From Camelus dromedarius (taxonomy: Eukaryota), in contig NC_087437.1 in NCBI RefSeq assembly GCF_036321535.1, forward strand, positions 102,302,001 to 102,366,000: DNA of 64,000 bases. Direction: 5' to 3'. A model generated the notes under the pieces. The model did no database searches. It had not been told where the DNA came from and saw nothing but the letters and a program-made list of their open reading frames with translations. Positions 1 to 13,227 of this stretch are shown in pieces (the first letter of the stretch is position 1; every line of letters starts with the position of its first letter). Made by a program: the position numbers and the translations under genes.

Positions 1-726
1 CTCGTCCTGACACCACTGTATCTGCTAGGAAAAAGAAAGTTGAGTTGATATGGGGAAGAAAAAGATTATAATCATCACACCAGCAGCCTCCTTGCTTGGG
101 AAGAATTACATGGTCATGCCAGCATCCTCTGCCATCCCCTCTTTCCTGAGTCCAGCAGAAACCGTGATCTCTCTAGTGGGGACACTTCTTTAAGCTCCCT
201 CATGCTTTGTGTGAGCCCATACTCAGGAAGGCATGTGAGCAAGCCCTTCATGCCTATGTCTAGTGTTGTTTTAGGTAGTGTGTCAGTTGCCTTTTCCAAT
301 TCTTTATCACACTGTTACTCTGAGGAAGAAAACTCTCTGCCTGTTGCTGACACTATGGGCTGTAAAGTTTGTTTTTTGGTCTGAAGAAATGTGACTCAGC
401 CATTCAGTGTGGTAGAGTTCTTTCCAGTTCTTTTATAGTACTCTGGGCATTTGCATCCAACACCAGGTCAGCAGAGCCCAGTACAAAGTCAGCGTCACTT
501 TCTACGAGGGCCTATTTGTAGTCCACTGGGGTTACTGGCGTCAGTCTGATCTGACTTGCCAGCTGTGTTCAGAGCCTTCCCCCAGGGAATGTGTCACTCA
601 ACCGTCTGCAGTCTCTGTCTCTTTTACTAGCAGACAGAATAGTTCTTATTGTCATTTTGTGCCTCAGAGGGTGCAAGGGGAATATGTTTAGATCCTCAGA
701 GGCTACAAGAGGAGTATGTCTAGTTG

Positions 727-1297
727 TGTTACTGTGAGGATGATAAAAAGACCTTGGTTCTTTGTCTTACTGGAGAAAAAGAATTTAAACAGGAGACTGA
801 AAGTGTGATATAAACAGAAAATCTTATTAATAGAGCAAAAGTTAGTAAAGTAAGAGTACACCTTCAAAAATTGAAGGTGGGTCAGCCCAAGAGAGGAAGA
901 TGGCAGCTCCCCTTTGTTTCTCTTGCCTTATATCCTGGCTTAGGGGCGTTCTCGTGATTGATTGATGGCTCATGGCCCTTGAGTGTTCAGGCACGCCCAT
1001 CTCTTATGTGCATGCTCTTACCCATGATGCACACAGAAAAACCTGTGGGAGGGGGCCCAAACCACAATGTTAATTACATTATAATGAGCATTGGATCATG
1101 TTAAGCTGGGTCTTTCTCTCTACTGCACAGCCACAGCGTTTGATTCTAACCGACTTCTTTGTCAGCACTCATTTAGAAAAAGTAAAATTCTCTGAAGCCC
1201 CTTATCCTGAGTGCAGGTGTACTGTTATCTTCTGAGTTGCTCCCTCCCCCATTCCTCTCCCCTTGCCTGGTGCTTGTTTCTATCTAACTTTCTAATG
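727..1297 (-). mobile_element. ERV1-type solo LTR nested in the ERVL internal region
   Basis: Starts TGTTACTG and ends ...CTATCTAACTTTCTAA; ~570 bp interrupting pol-like sequence; imperfect 4-bp flanks gttg/gttt. Confidence 0.6.
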
Positions 1298-1886
1298 GTT
1301 TCAGCCCGTTGCTATAGCCTCCCTGCTGCAATATCCACTTATTTCACGGACCCAGGTGGTTACACAGTTGAGTACATCAGGATATCTACTTCACAATTTC
1401 AGTCACCTTCCATATCTGGAAAGGGGTTCTTGTGATAGGCATCAACACGTTTTGTTTTAATGTACACTTCAGATTCCCATATGATTTCCACAGGGCTGTG
1501 TCCCATATGGGAATCCCTTTAATAGATCAGCTTTCCATTGCCCTTCTGTCTGACCGTTTGGCCAAGCTATTGGCCAACACCAATGAGTTAGTAAAAACTA
1601 AAACATTCTGGCAAGCAGCAAGCAATTCAGCCCACAGAACTGATTTGTTTTTACCTTTTTCCATTTAAAGTAGTGGTCTTCCAAACAGTATGCTTTCTGT
1701 TCACCTTTGAACTATCATCCATAAGCCAGGCACCTGTTTGTTGGTTAGTTAATTGCTTTTTATAGGACAGTGTCCAAGTGATAGTGAAGTCCAGCAGCTC
1801 TTCACACAGTTACAAGTTCACTCCTTGGGAAGGAGCTCCCTACTCATGGGTGTCTTCTTAGATTCCTGTAGTGCAGAAGTCTTATA

Positions 1887-2225
1887 TAGTGATTCCTCAG
1901 TATCCATGGAGGATTGGTTCTCAGACCCCCACAGATATCAAAATCTGAGGATGCTTAAATCTCATATAAAATGTCATAGTATTTGCCTATAACTTTTACA
2001 TAGCCTTCTGTATTCTTTAAATCATCTCTAGATTACTTATAATATCTAATTCAATGTAAATGGTATGTAGGTAGTTGTAAATGCAATGTAAATATTATGT
2101 AAATAGTTGCCTTTGGCAAATTCAAGTTTTGCTTTTTGGAACTTTCTGGAATTTTTAAAAATATTTTCGATCCACAGTTGGTTGAATCTGCATAAGTGGA
2201 ACCCACAGATATAGAGGGCCAAATG
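1887..2225. mobile_element. MER2 (TcMar-Tigger non-autonomous DNA transposon) nested in the ERVL internal region
   Basis: Degenerate TIRs tagtgattcctcagtatccatgg ... cccacagatatagagggccaaatg, TA flanks, ~340 bp. Confidence 0.85.
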
Positions 2226-4687
2226 TAAACCATTTCTGGTTTATTATGGAATTCTTCTGGGCAATATCCTCTTCATTAAAGCATTTATCCAACATTACTC
2301 AAGTCATTATGGGTATTTCAAAATTATTTTAATGCCCTTCAATCTTAGGGGCAGTTGTAACTAGTGTCTGATACCAACTAGTAATTTGCCCCTGAAATGA
2401 ACATTCCCAAAGCCCCAGTAATCACTGCAGGGAGGCACTCACAGGTTTTGCCATAAACCCTAGTATACACTCAACATAAGACTGTCTCAAAATTTATCAT
2501 TATCAGCACTCCAGTTTCTATTCTATAGTGTGTGGGCTCAGCCAGTCTTTTTTGGTTCCCATTTAGCATGTCCAATTAATATTGCTTGAAGGGCAGATTT
2601 ACATGCCTTGTGTTTCACAATACTAGGTAGGGGACGTGTCTCAGGTCAGACACAGTGTCTGTCCTAATAGTACATTGATACAAAAGAGCTGCAACTATTT
2701 CAGATAAAGCCTGTTCTAACTCACCAGTTCTTCCCCCAATTTTCACCTTAATCCAGTCATCCCTTACATTACAACCATTACTTGTAGCCTTCATTGGGCC
2801 TTCATCAACAGGTTTTCATTTTATAATGCTAGATAGAGCAGACACTCCCCAGTCAGACATAATATCTCTTCTCATAAAATATTTACATAAAGGAGATACA
2901 GCCTCTTCACACAGAGACTGTTTAAATATTCTAATTTCCATCCAAACTTCCACCTTAATCCTATCACCCCTTGTATTTCTATACCTGCTGTATCTAATTG
3001 AAGCCCATATTAGGGCTTCATCAACGGGTTTTGGTACCACAGTGCAAGTGACTCCCATGTTAAGAAATCCCAGAAAATTTTCTCTCACCCCTTGACCCTT
3101 ATATCCACTCAAAGACAAAAGGCTTTGGATCTCCAGCAGGGTTTCTAACTCTGGGTCCATCGTCATTTTGACAGTCTTTATCTCGATTAATCTGCCCAAT
3201 TTTGATACCAAGCATTTCCACGTCCAATTTCTTATTGAAATGTTTGCCTTCTCATTTGTAAAATACTTCTGAATGGAAGCAAATACAGTGGACTTGCTTG
3301 GGGCCCTTTAATGTTGGGAGACCAGCAGGGTTTTGATTTGGTTCACTCAGCCTTCAATAGTGCTATGTTGACCTTTGTTTCAACACCACCAATGACTATT
3401 TATTTATCCCACTTTTAAATAATCATCTAAAGATTTCCACCTTTCTGGAATAGGTTTCTTGACTCTCCCCTTTCTCTTTCCTCTTTGTTTCACCCCTATC
3501 AATATTTCCTTTATTCACCTCATTTCTTAATAACCATTTAAAAATTTCTACCCTGCTAGGAAAAGTCCCTTGACTCTCCCCTTTGCTTCTCTCTGTTCTC
3601 TTGTTTATTAATCTAGTCTTGTTTTAGATTCCTAAGGCTCTTGAGGGGAAGCTGAGATAGCAGATTAGATAAGGCTTCTGCTGTTGCTAGATTTTATAGC
3701 AGTGAGGTTACATAGAATGCCCATGCAAAAAGGGTCACATTAATCATAGAATTTACCATGACCTTGGTAACAAGATATTCAGTGAGTGAATATCCTGATT
3801 ATCATAGAGCTAGTCCAACATGGCTTGCATATGAAGCATATCAGCTGCTGTATCTGGACTGTTACACTGGCATTTGTAGGGAAAGTTTGATAGCCCCCTT
3901 CTGAACATCCTTACAGTGGTTTATATCTAGTCATCTAGGCTAGTTCTTTCTTTGGAAATAGCCTGCTGTGTGTCAGGATTAGGTATAGTCATCTGTGATC
4001 ATTCCATAGGGAGCTGTGGGTCCTGTATCAACCCAAACATATACTTCCACTCTGCAGCATTTAACAACAAAGATACTGCTCTAAATTAGTCACTCTTATA
4101 ATCTGTTTTTATTGACTGTTCTATAGGAAGTTGATGATACTGTTCCACAAAATGACATATCTTTTACACCATATCCCCTGGTTTCACTTGTTTCTTGGTT
4201 TTTACCTTTCCCCAGTATTGACTACCTACTTAGTGAGCAGAGGTCCTGAGTTCCTTTCTGTTCTCCTGACATAATGTTTCCCTTTGTGGCTGCCTTTGAA
4301 ACAAGTGGCTGAAACTTAGGCCAAGTGAAATCTGAGCTTGGTCCAGCATCAAAGTCCAACTCAATATTTTCTTTCATTTTATCTGTTATAGATAGTAATA
4401 GCAATGGATTGTAAGTCTGGCATGCTTCTTACTATTTTGCATTTTCTTAGGTATCCAGTGAGTGAATTCCTCAGAAGTAGTGTCTGCCACCATTCTAAAT
4501 ACCATTGACAACTTTTGCCTTTAGTAAATGATCTCAGTGCAGCAGAAGTTTCATGCCATGGGTGACTCAGTAGCCATCCAGGGATAAACGATCCCTAATC
4601 TCCTACCCTGTCATCCTTTCTCTTCACAAACCATATGTTTCTGTGAGCCAGAGCTGTTGTAGCAAATTCCATTTTTTCTAATACCAA

Positions 4688-5447
4688 ATGAGAGTTTTCT
4701 TTTTCTTCCTGACAACAAATGCATGGTATCTTTCCCAGCATCACCTCTTTAATTTTCCGGACATGGACTATGTGTCCAACAATTCAAGTCAATTCTGGCA
4801 CTGTCTATCTGGAGTTAGCATCAGATCTCACAAGTTAAGGAGCTCAGTCCCACAAGACTACTCCAGTTCTAGGTACAGGTCACAAGTCCCGGACATCCAT
4901 ACTTCTGACCCACCAACTATAAATCAGATTCAACCTCCTTGGGTTCACAGAACTCAGAAACACACTTTGCTTATGTTTTTCAGTTCGTTATTAAGGATAC
5001 AACTCAGAAATCACCAGAGAAAGCTATGCAGAAGGCAAAGTATGGGGCAGAGGGATGGATCATAGAGCTTCCATGCCCTCTCCAGGTGTACCATCCTCTC
5101 AGTCCCTCCCTGTATTCATGAACCTGAAAGCTTTCAAACCCCATCATTTAGGTATTTTTATGGAATTTCATTGGCTATTAGTGATTAACTCAAACTCTAG
5201 CTTCTCCTCCCTCCCCAAAAATTGAGTATGGGGTTGAACATTCCAAGCTCCCAATCAAGGCATTGTCTTACTGGCAATCAGCCCCATCCTGAAGCTATCA
5301 TTGAGGGAGGCCTACTCACCAAGAGTTGGCTCATTAGAATAAAAGGCTTCTATCTTCCTTATGATGCAGGAAATTCCAAGGTTTTTAGGAGCTTTGTTTT
5401 TGGAAATAAGAAAGAATACAAAGACCAAATATCTTTCTATGATGAGA
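4688..5447 (-). mobile_element. MER21-like LTR (5' LTR of the ERVL provirus)
   Basis: Characteristic aattcaagtcaattctggcactgtctatctggagttagcatcagatctcacaagttaaggagctcagtcccacaagact; directly adjacent to the PBS. Confidence 0.8.
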
Positions 5448-5602
5448 CAACTGCATACCGACCCATCAAATTAGCCTATCACAAAGCCAATGAGTGTGCT
5501 TGCCCTCCACATATATACACACACATGAACACACATGCACAAAGTGTACTGTTACAGCTCCTGACCATGTATGCACAATTGCTTACTTCTTCCCCTCTGC
5601 TT

Positions 5603-5982
5603 TGTCTTGATCAGACTTTATTCAGGCTTCTCTTTTCCCCACAGTCCCCTGAACTTTGACTTGTCCCCATCCCTGGGGCAAAAACTAAGATGCAGTATAT
5701 GCCCTCCTCCTCAACAGCTTACCTCCCAAAATCAGCAGGCCCAGCAGACACATTTCCTGTCAGATTGCACCTATTATGCTTTTTGGACACTCCTCCTTTT
5801 TTGTCCAACTTCTCTTTAAAAGTTTCTGCTAAGCTATACTTACCTCTCTATAAAAGAAAAGCCTTTTTCTGTTTGATTTTGAGATACTTGCAGATTTCTG
5901 AGCTCCAAGATTTCTCCCTATTATATTAGTCTTTTGGAAGAAAGTCTCTCCTTGTCTAAGCATGGATTTATTTTTATTTGAA
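5603..5982 (+). mobile_element. ERV1-type solo LTR
   Basis: Starts tgtcttgatcagactttattcaggct; TATA-like tataaaag at ~5849; decayed polyA region aaagtctctccttg near the 3' end. Confidence 0.55.
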
Positions 5983-6403
5983 GCAAAGTATTAATAAATG
6001 CTACAGTTACATCAGATGTTATGATCAGCATCAAGTCTACACACACAAAATAAATAGAACAATTAAGTAGTTCTATCATATACCTGGACAGTAAAAAAAT
6101 AGGCAATCTGAATGATTTTATGAATTTATAAAAGTGCTTTTATTTTAAGGTTGCTTTTCATAAACTGAGTTCCAAAGTGAAAGAAAGGTAAGAATACATC
6201 ATTTTAAAGTTAACATTTGGTTGCATGCCAAAGAAAATTTTCTTAAAATTTAGTTACTTCATTTTTGTGAGTTCTCACTTAAGTAGAAGTACATTATCTT
6301 TATTTCATTTACATCTCATTTGTTTAAATCTAACCAGACATCATAAAACTCAATCTTTAAAAAACAAAACAAAACTCAGCTACTTTAATTTTTATTAGAG
6401 AAT

Positions 6404-6512
6404 AAAAATAGGAATGTATCACAAATTGGTCTGTTATCTTTATTCAGGGGCCATGCTAGTCTTCACTAATCTTTGCATTCAGTTTTACCATATGTGCTAC
6501 CAAAGCAAGCAC
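6404..6512 (-). pseudogene. RNU6 (pseudogene): Full-length diverged U6 snRNA retropseudogene
   Basis: Reverse complement begins GTGCTTGCTTTGGTAGCACATATG, contains ACTAGCATGGCCCCTG and ends CCTATTTTT; colinear with U6 but with many substitutions and CpG decay. Confidence 0.9.
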
Positions 6513-7367
6513 CTAATTTTTTTTTTAATAGGAGTCTATCTGGAATCAATATACTGCATTGTTCAAGGGCTTTATGAGAGGCCTGTAGACCAAGGAGGGC
6601 CAGTGATTCTCTTAAAAATAATAATTCTAGACATTATACTCATGTAGCCATTAGATTATAAAAAACATTACTTATTTCATAAAAGATGAGATTTTTACCA
6701 CTGAAGGTTTGTGTAATAAAGTATAATAGTAGAAAAACTAGAATCCTCGTTGCTAGTGAATAATTGATTCTAAAAATAACATTCATTCATGTGTCTTTGA
6801 TTCCCTTGCATAACTAAATAGGAAGCATAAACAATGAACAGAAAAAAATAGTTTTATAACCTTTACAAATTATCAGTTAATAAATTCAAGCATAAAACAA
6901 ATATACCAAAAATCAACCTAATTGAATAAATATTTCTCATATGACAATGCCAGTAATTTTCTCTCTCTTTCTAAGTGGCCTTTATGTCATGTGGAACTCT
7001 TCCAGCTCATTTACATTCATGACTTCACCACTGCTAATAATTCACATATTATTGCTAAATCAAATATTTATTATATTTTAAAATTACAAGAAATAAGTTG
7101 AAGGAATAATATTTGTCTTTTGCTTTTTAAATTTTTTGAAACAATACTAGACATATGAAAAACCACTGAAGCTTCTTAAGTGAAAGTTATATTTGAAGTT
7201 AAACTATTCAAACATTTGTTAGTGAGTCTGTGAATCATTTATAAAAATCATACACCTTGGTTTGACCTTCATACTAAGTATCTAACTTAGTTTAACAATA
7301 GGAGCAGCTCTTCTGAATGTGAAATTATGCTATTATAAACCATCTGTATTTCTATAAATTGTAAAAT

Positions 7368-7540
7368 ATGTAAGGATATATGCACTACTGTGATCATTGC
7401 AGTGTTATCTACAATAGCCAAGATATGAAAGCAACCTAAGTGTCTGTTGATAAGCTTTTATGTATTTCTAGTTGTGATGAACATGTGTTCCTTGTAAAGT
7501 TAGAAAAAAATAAATATCATTAAAAATGAAAAAAAATAAG
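7368..7540 (+). mobile_element. Old L1 3' fragment(s)
   Basis: cattgcagtgttatctacaatagccaagatatgaaagcaacctaagtgtc matches the L1 ORF2 3' end; A-rich tail at ~7505-7538. Confidence 0.65.
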
Positions 7541-8529
7541 TTGGATGCCTCTGAAAAACCCCAAGAGAGACCCCTGGTGAATGAGGCAAGGAGTCTTTCA
7601 ACATCATTGCACATTCTCTGACTGTGAAAGATACTGACTATTCTTAAGAGCCAGAAGAGGTGACGTTAATAATTCTATTAATTACACCCACCAATACAAT
7701 TTATAAGCACCTTCTATATACCAGATGAATACTCATGTTGATTCAGTTCCACTAAATGAACCTGAAAATTAGTTGATATTATTATTGTTGTTGTTGTTGT
7801 TGTTATTATTATTACCATCATCATTATACTGAGTGTTATAGATGAGAGGAATAGAAATGGACTCAAACTGATGTTTTCACATATTTAATTTTCTTTGGAG
7901 AAGAAGTACAATATAGTCAAGTAGTAATGGAAAAGGTAAAGCAAAATCTTTCAAACAAACAAGGATGGGGTAAAATTCTATAGCTATATGGACTTCAGTA
8001 ATCATTCCAAAACATTTATGTGAGAGAAAATGGAAACTAAAATGTGCTAAAATAACTAAATGTTTTCAGATTTGGTGGTCTGTCTCTAAAACTTAGTCTG
8101 AAGTAGTATTTACATAAAATCTTCAAAACTTGAAAAAATATATGTAATGAAAAGTGAAGGAATTGGCTCGTAGATGTAGGCATTTTACACTGTCACTTTT
8201 AAACTAAACTTAATGGTGCTTATTTTGTTCAGTTAATTTGCTGAGAGTTATGTAGATCAATCAGTTATCCCCAGTTACTTCAAGGAATCTTACAGAAGGA
8301 AGAGGTACTACCTACCCTTCACTTTGCAGAGAAAACTGGCTCTCTGATAAGGAGATCAATAAAAGTGTATAATAAGAGGTGAAAACAAGCTTTTTCCTTT
8401 TACCTAAGACTCAACAGTACTCTCTCATATTGCCATACTGTCAGGATTAGCAGTGAACTTGGCTTAACTAGAAATTTTTTCAAGTATAAGTTAGATTCTT
8501 GGTACTCAAAAATAGTCCACCAACAAGAA

Positions 8530-8668
8530 TGTTAGCAACAACTGGAACATTATTAAACATTCAAGATTTCCTATTAAACAGCTCCTCCCTGAAATGACAG
8601 AATTAAAATCCCCATTTTAAGAAAATCTCCATGTCATTTGTATACACATCGAAGTTTGAGAAGCACCA
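8530..8668. mobile_element. MER5-type hAT-Charlie element fragment
   Basis: Terminal aagtttgagaagcacca preceded by cattttaagaaaatctcc. Confidence 0.6.
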
Positions 8669-9109
8669 GGTTATGTGACCCTCGTGAGGGATGCTTTAAG
8701 AGAAATCCTCTTATCAACTAGATAATTGTAAAGGATGCTCTTGAAAGCCTTTCTCAATCCTGAGAGTCAACAAGATTCTCTGAGAAGATGAAAGAAACAA
8801 AGCTTAGCATTCAACCTGTCTTATTTTACAGAAAAAATTGTTCAACTCACTTTTTTTTATTGGTATGTTGTCTAAGAAACTCACATTAAGAAGTATAAAA
8901 GGAATTTTTCATTTTCTGTCATTTCCAAAGTATAGATCAAATCTTGGGGCCAGGCAACAAAAAAATTGAAATAACAGACAATCAATGTAGCCAGATACAC
9001 TTTGTCTTTAATATCAAAAATATAAATCAACCCATTTCTCTAACATGCAAAGGAATTTCAAAATCCAATGAATTTTTCTCAACATTGGCTCACAGCAAAC
9101 ACTCTTATG

Positions 9110-9660
9110 CCTCTTTTTGTTTCTCCATTCCTAATGCTATTATCCTGCCTGAAACCATAATCATTTATCATCTGTATTTCCACAATACTTCCCAGCTAGT
9201 TTCTGAATTTTCACATTTGTTCCCTTAGATCCATTGTCTATGTTGTAGCCATGGTAACATGTCTGAAGTAGCGAACAGATTGTTAGCCCTTTGCTTAAAC
9301 CCTTTCCAGTGTTTTTATTTTTAGGAAAAAGTTCCAACTTTTTAACAGCCTGCAGTGAGTATCCCTAGTGATCATATCCTTGTTCAACTTTTGCCTCCTT
9401 TCTGCATCCACCTCCTCGTACTCCACACACCACACTCAAGGTGTATTGAATTCCTATCACTTCTACAAATGTCTCCTCAGCTTTTGGTTTTGGGTGTTTA
9501 ACACTTTCCTTTCCTTTCCTTAATCTGTGACACATAGTTTCCTTTCTTCTCATTCTAAGTGCCACTTCAACTGGGAAGCCAGCCCATCTTAATCTCCCCA
9601 AAATATCTCTCCTATGGATTCCCATAGCGCCCTGTACTTCTCTACCTTTGCGAGTGTTAT
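9110..9660 (+). mobile_element. L2 LINE fragment
   Basis: L2-like ccataatcatttatcatctg, cctttgcttaaaccctttccagtg and gccacttcaactgggaagcc. Confidence 0.6.
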
Positions 9661-10725
9661 ATTATAGTAAATCATTCAATTACTTATAGCGGTTTTTAAA
9701 GTGTCATTTTAAACTTCTTACAGCAAATTACCTCTAAGAAATACAACTGGATTTTTTTTTTGCAAAAAATATTTTGATATATGTGATTATAACATAAAAA
9801 ATAAAAATCAGCTAAACCACACTGATAATAAAAGAATAGGAATTTGGAGGCTTGATTAAACACCAAAAAAGGGGAAAATATAAAAGTGAAAATAGCCTAA
9901 GAATCGTCTGGAGCTAGACTTCATGTGGAAATTTGATTTAGAAAAAGATTTGATTTTCAGGGTGATCCAAATAATTGATAAAGGACAGTTCTTAAGAAAG
10001 AACCAAAGTTCTTGCTAAGTAATAATAATAAAAAAAATTAAAGTATTCACTTGTAAGTTATGTGGTGCAAAAGACTTCTGTCCTTTTCAAACTTCTAATA
10101 CATGCTCTGTCCACTGATGAGAACTGTATTTTACAACTGGATTGGCAAACTAAGAGGAAACAATTATAAAAGTGAGATGTGTATCTCAGCAACTTGGAAA
10201 CAAAAGTGGGAACAAGAATTTAAGGAAGAAGCAACTAATACAGTACTTGGGAAAAAGTATGGAATATTCTATAAGACATATCTTAGGAAGCTCAAAATAA
10301 TTTGATTAAATCTCAAGAGACAGGGCAACTCAGCTGATAATATAATTCAGTCATAGCTATATTCCCTAACAGGTTTGTTTTTGGCTGTAATTTTAGTTGA
10401 CAGTTAGTACCCTTTTGGGGATTCTGAAAGCCGTACAACAAATATTATAAAAGAAATAAATGAATGGATTTCACATTTAAGGAGAATTTGATTTTAAGAG
10501 AGTGTTTTTTTATCCCCAAACCATATCATTCCTAAGATTGGTGGCATCAAAATTTCCTTCCAGCTTAAAAAAAAAAAAAAAAAAAACCTAAAAATTTTGC
10601 TTATGAAAAATAAAGGTGTTTGTTGTATTTAGAAAAAAAAAGTGTCTAAGTTGTTATTAATGGGCTTTGTGCTTGTAGTTCTGATAGTGTATGTGTCAGA
10701 CTAACCTAAAAGGTAGAAATGACCA

Positions 10726-10848
10726 CTAGAATTTAAGCTCCCAGAGGGAAAGGATTTTCTGGCTTTTTACTGCTATATCCTCTGCACCTTGAAGAATGGT
10801 AAGTGAAGTAGAGTGATTTAATGTAAAAAGTATTAAATAAATGAGTGG
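10726..10848 (+). mobile_element. L2 3' end
   Basis: ctagaatttaagctcccagagggaaagga...ctgctatatcctctgcacct...aataaatgagtgga. Confidence 0.6.
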
Positions 10849-11387
10849 AAGAATTGATGTTCCTAGCCCAACCAATTGTAGATTCTTCATTAGGTGATCA
10901 CTAGGAGGAGAGTGAAAAATTTTTGAGAAAACTCCATAAAAGAACTGGGAAGGTTTCTGATAGAAGGAAAATGATAACAATACAGAAATACAGTGAAGAA
11001 TATTGCTCACTTTCCCTTTCTTTACATATAGACTGTTTCATAGCAGCTAACTTTGAGGTGTTTGAGAAAGTGTAAGACACAGAGGAGATACCTAGAATGT
11101 GAGTCCTGGCACTGTTAGGGTAAAATTTTGACTCAGGAACCAAATACATTCTGCAAGCCTGAATTTTTGGAGATGATGCCTTGGCTTGGGGACCAAGAGC
11201 AGTTTAAAAAATCCATCAAATGTATGTAATGTTAATGTACATTTACAAGGTTATGATTTTCTGGATTTCTCAATATCTATGTGTAATACATAAAATTAAT
11301 TGGGTTTTGATGTATTTAATTTTAATTAATGAAAGAGTTAAGGAGGAGAGTGCCAACTATCTATCTATACGTCAACAGGTGGAAGCT

Positions 11388-11520
11388 AGACCAGTGTGGC
11401 CCAGAGCAAAATGTAAGTTCAGGCTTCTTATTCAGAATAGGAATTTCAAGACTTTGGTAGCAGAGTATTAAACCAAGAATAGGGCCCTTCTATGTGTAAG
11501 CCAGTGACACTGGTCCTGAC
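11388..11520. mobile_element. MER45-like hAT-Tip100 element
   Basis: ggcccagagcaaaatg...gaatttcaagactttggtagcagagtattaaaccaag...gggcccttct. Confidence 0.6.
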
Positions 11521-12439
11521 TGGGAGTAATGGGATATTTGGAAATGGTGATCTATGCTTTTGTGAGTAAATACATTTGACACAAAAGCTGTTTACATAAA
11601 AGCCTAGCTGAATAATAGTTTAACGTTATAATATTTTGTCTTTGCATTGACTTCTTTAAATGCTGAATTCAACTGCATTTTTCTCTTTGGAAATGGGAAA
11701 ATTAGAGACATTGTTAGACTCTGTTGGATAATTTATCCTTTGATTGAAGATTCCTTGATGACCAAAACAATGAAGCAAAGATAATTAACATTTACTAACC
11801 AATGCTGCAGCTACATAGGCCTATTAATCCTAAAGTAAAATCTTTATTATCATCATAAATTCATGTGTAATTAATGAAATAATTAATAAAATGAAGTAAC
11901 TTGTCAAAAGATCCCATAATCATTAGGTGACTAATTAAGAATCAATATAGATTTGTTTAATATGAGGAAGGAGAACCTTCTCTAATATTTTTAGTAACAG
12001 ATTATTCTAGCCTTCTCTTTCTTTCCCCCTATTATCCTCCAAGGAAAGGGAAGTTTTTACTATGATTGATTACAATGCATGGAATTAACTGTATATTAAA
12101 AAACTAAAAAACAAAAACAAAAAAACTCAAACCCATATGACTCTCTCTCTCTCAATACTCTCTGAATTCAGACTCTATGATGTAGATTCACGCTGGGAGA
12201 CCCCACTTAATGCTTAAACCTAAATCTCGTTGCACTGAGGTCTACGTTGGTGTAACTGGTGTAATGTAAAGTGGTATTTGTTATTGTATCTTGTGACCTC
12301 AGCTGGGAGAATGGAGTGATTGGCAAGGTAGTGTTATGTCCTTTTTACTCTTTAGTCATAGCATTTAACCTCATTCTTCACTTCCAACACCTTAGAGGTA
12401 CAGTAGCCAAATAACTTCTGAAATTGGCATGATTTGACC

Positions 12440-12620
12440 TCAAGTCAGGATCTGAAACTTAACAGTGATACCTGGCAAGTGACTTAACCCCTCTGTGATT
12501 TATAAAGTAGGTGATACCAATTTCACAGTTTTGTTCTCTGAATTCAATGAGGTAATGAATGTGTAGAGCCTGACTGTGAAGTGCACTCTACTTGACACAA
12601 ACAATAACAGTAATAATAAT
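12440..12620 (+). mobile_element. MIR SINE
   Basis: Core ggcaagtgacttaacccctctgtg and gaattcaatgaggtaatg. Confidence 0.6.
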
Positions 12621-12632
12621 TAGGAAATGTTC

Positions 12633-13227
12633 TATATTAGGGTTCTCCAGAGAAACAGAACCAATAGGAGATAGTAATATATATATATATATATTATATT
12701 ACTAATAAATATCTATATTATAGGATATATAATATCATGTTTATATATTTATTATAGGTTATATATGGTTATTTGTTTGTATATATAAATATAAATATAT
12801 TTATTATAGGAATTTGTTCATGCAGTTATGGAGGCTAAGTTCCATATCTGCTGTCTGCAAGCTGAACTAGAAAAGCTAAGGTACAATTCAGTCCACAGCC
12901 TGAGGCCTGAAAACTGAGGGACCACTGGCTTGAGTCCTGGGAATCTGAAGGCCTAAGAACCAGGGGAGCCAATATCTGAGGACAGGAAAAGACAGATGTC
13001 TCAGCTCAAGAAGAAAGAAAAAATTCTTTTCACCGGTGTTTGTTCTATTCTGACCCTTTGTGGCTTGGCTCATGCTGCCTACATTGGGTGAATCTCTTTA
13101 CTCGGCTTACTGAATCAGAGGCTAATCTCTCCCAGAAACACCGTCAGAGACACACCCTGACGTATTTTACCAGCTATTTGGGCCTCCCTTAGTCCAGCCA
13201 CATTAGCACATAAAATTAACCATCAGA
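12633..13227 (-). mobile_element. MLT2 (ERVL) solo LTR with internal TA-rich expansion
   Basis: Ends tatattagggttctccagagaaacagaaccaatagg ... cataaaattaaccatcaga; 5-bp TSD tgttc/ggttc; TA-rich tract at ~12677-12805. Confidence 0.9.

Larger units (their letters stand above)
1..4687 (-). mobile_element. Decayed ERVL-class proviral internal region (MER21-int-like): gag-pro-partial pol-RNaseH-IN remnants; continues past the left window edge
   Basis: Minus-strand ORF 2816-3211 (FLGFLNMGVTCTVVP...IKVEVWM...VSPL...DIMSDWG) resembles an ERVL protease with the DTG motif decayed. RNase H-like FTNSLVLANSLA/KGIPIW at ~1500-1600; integrase-like DANAQSTIKELE at ~425-465. Degenerate tRNA-Leu-type PBS (tggtattagaa on -) at ~4676-4686 abuts the LTR. 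Confidence 0.8.

Noticed and set aside
5222..5659. Longest ORF (145 aa)
   Set aside because: Non-ATG start; runs across two unrelated LTRs and a CA-rich spacer.
6404..6512. Functional U6 gene
   Set aside because: Many substitutions, including loss of the ACAGAGA box; no recognisable upstream PSE/TATA arrangement.
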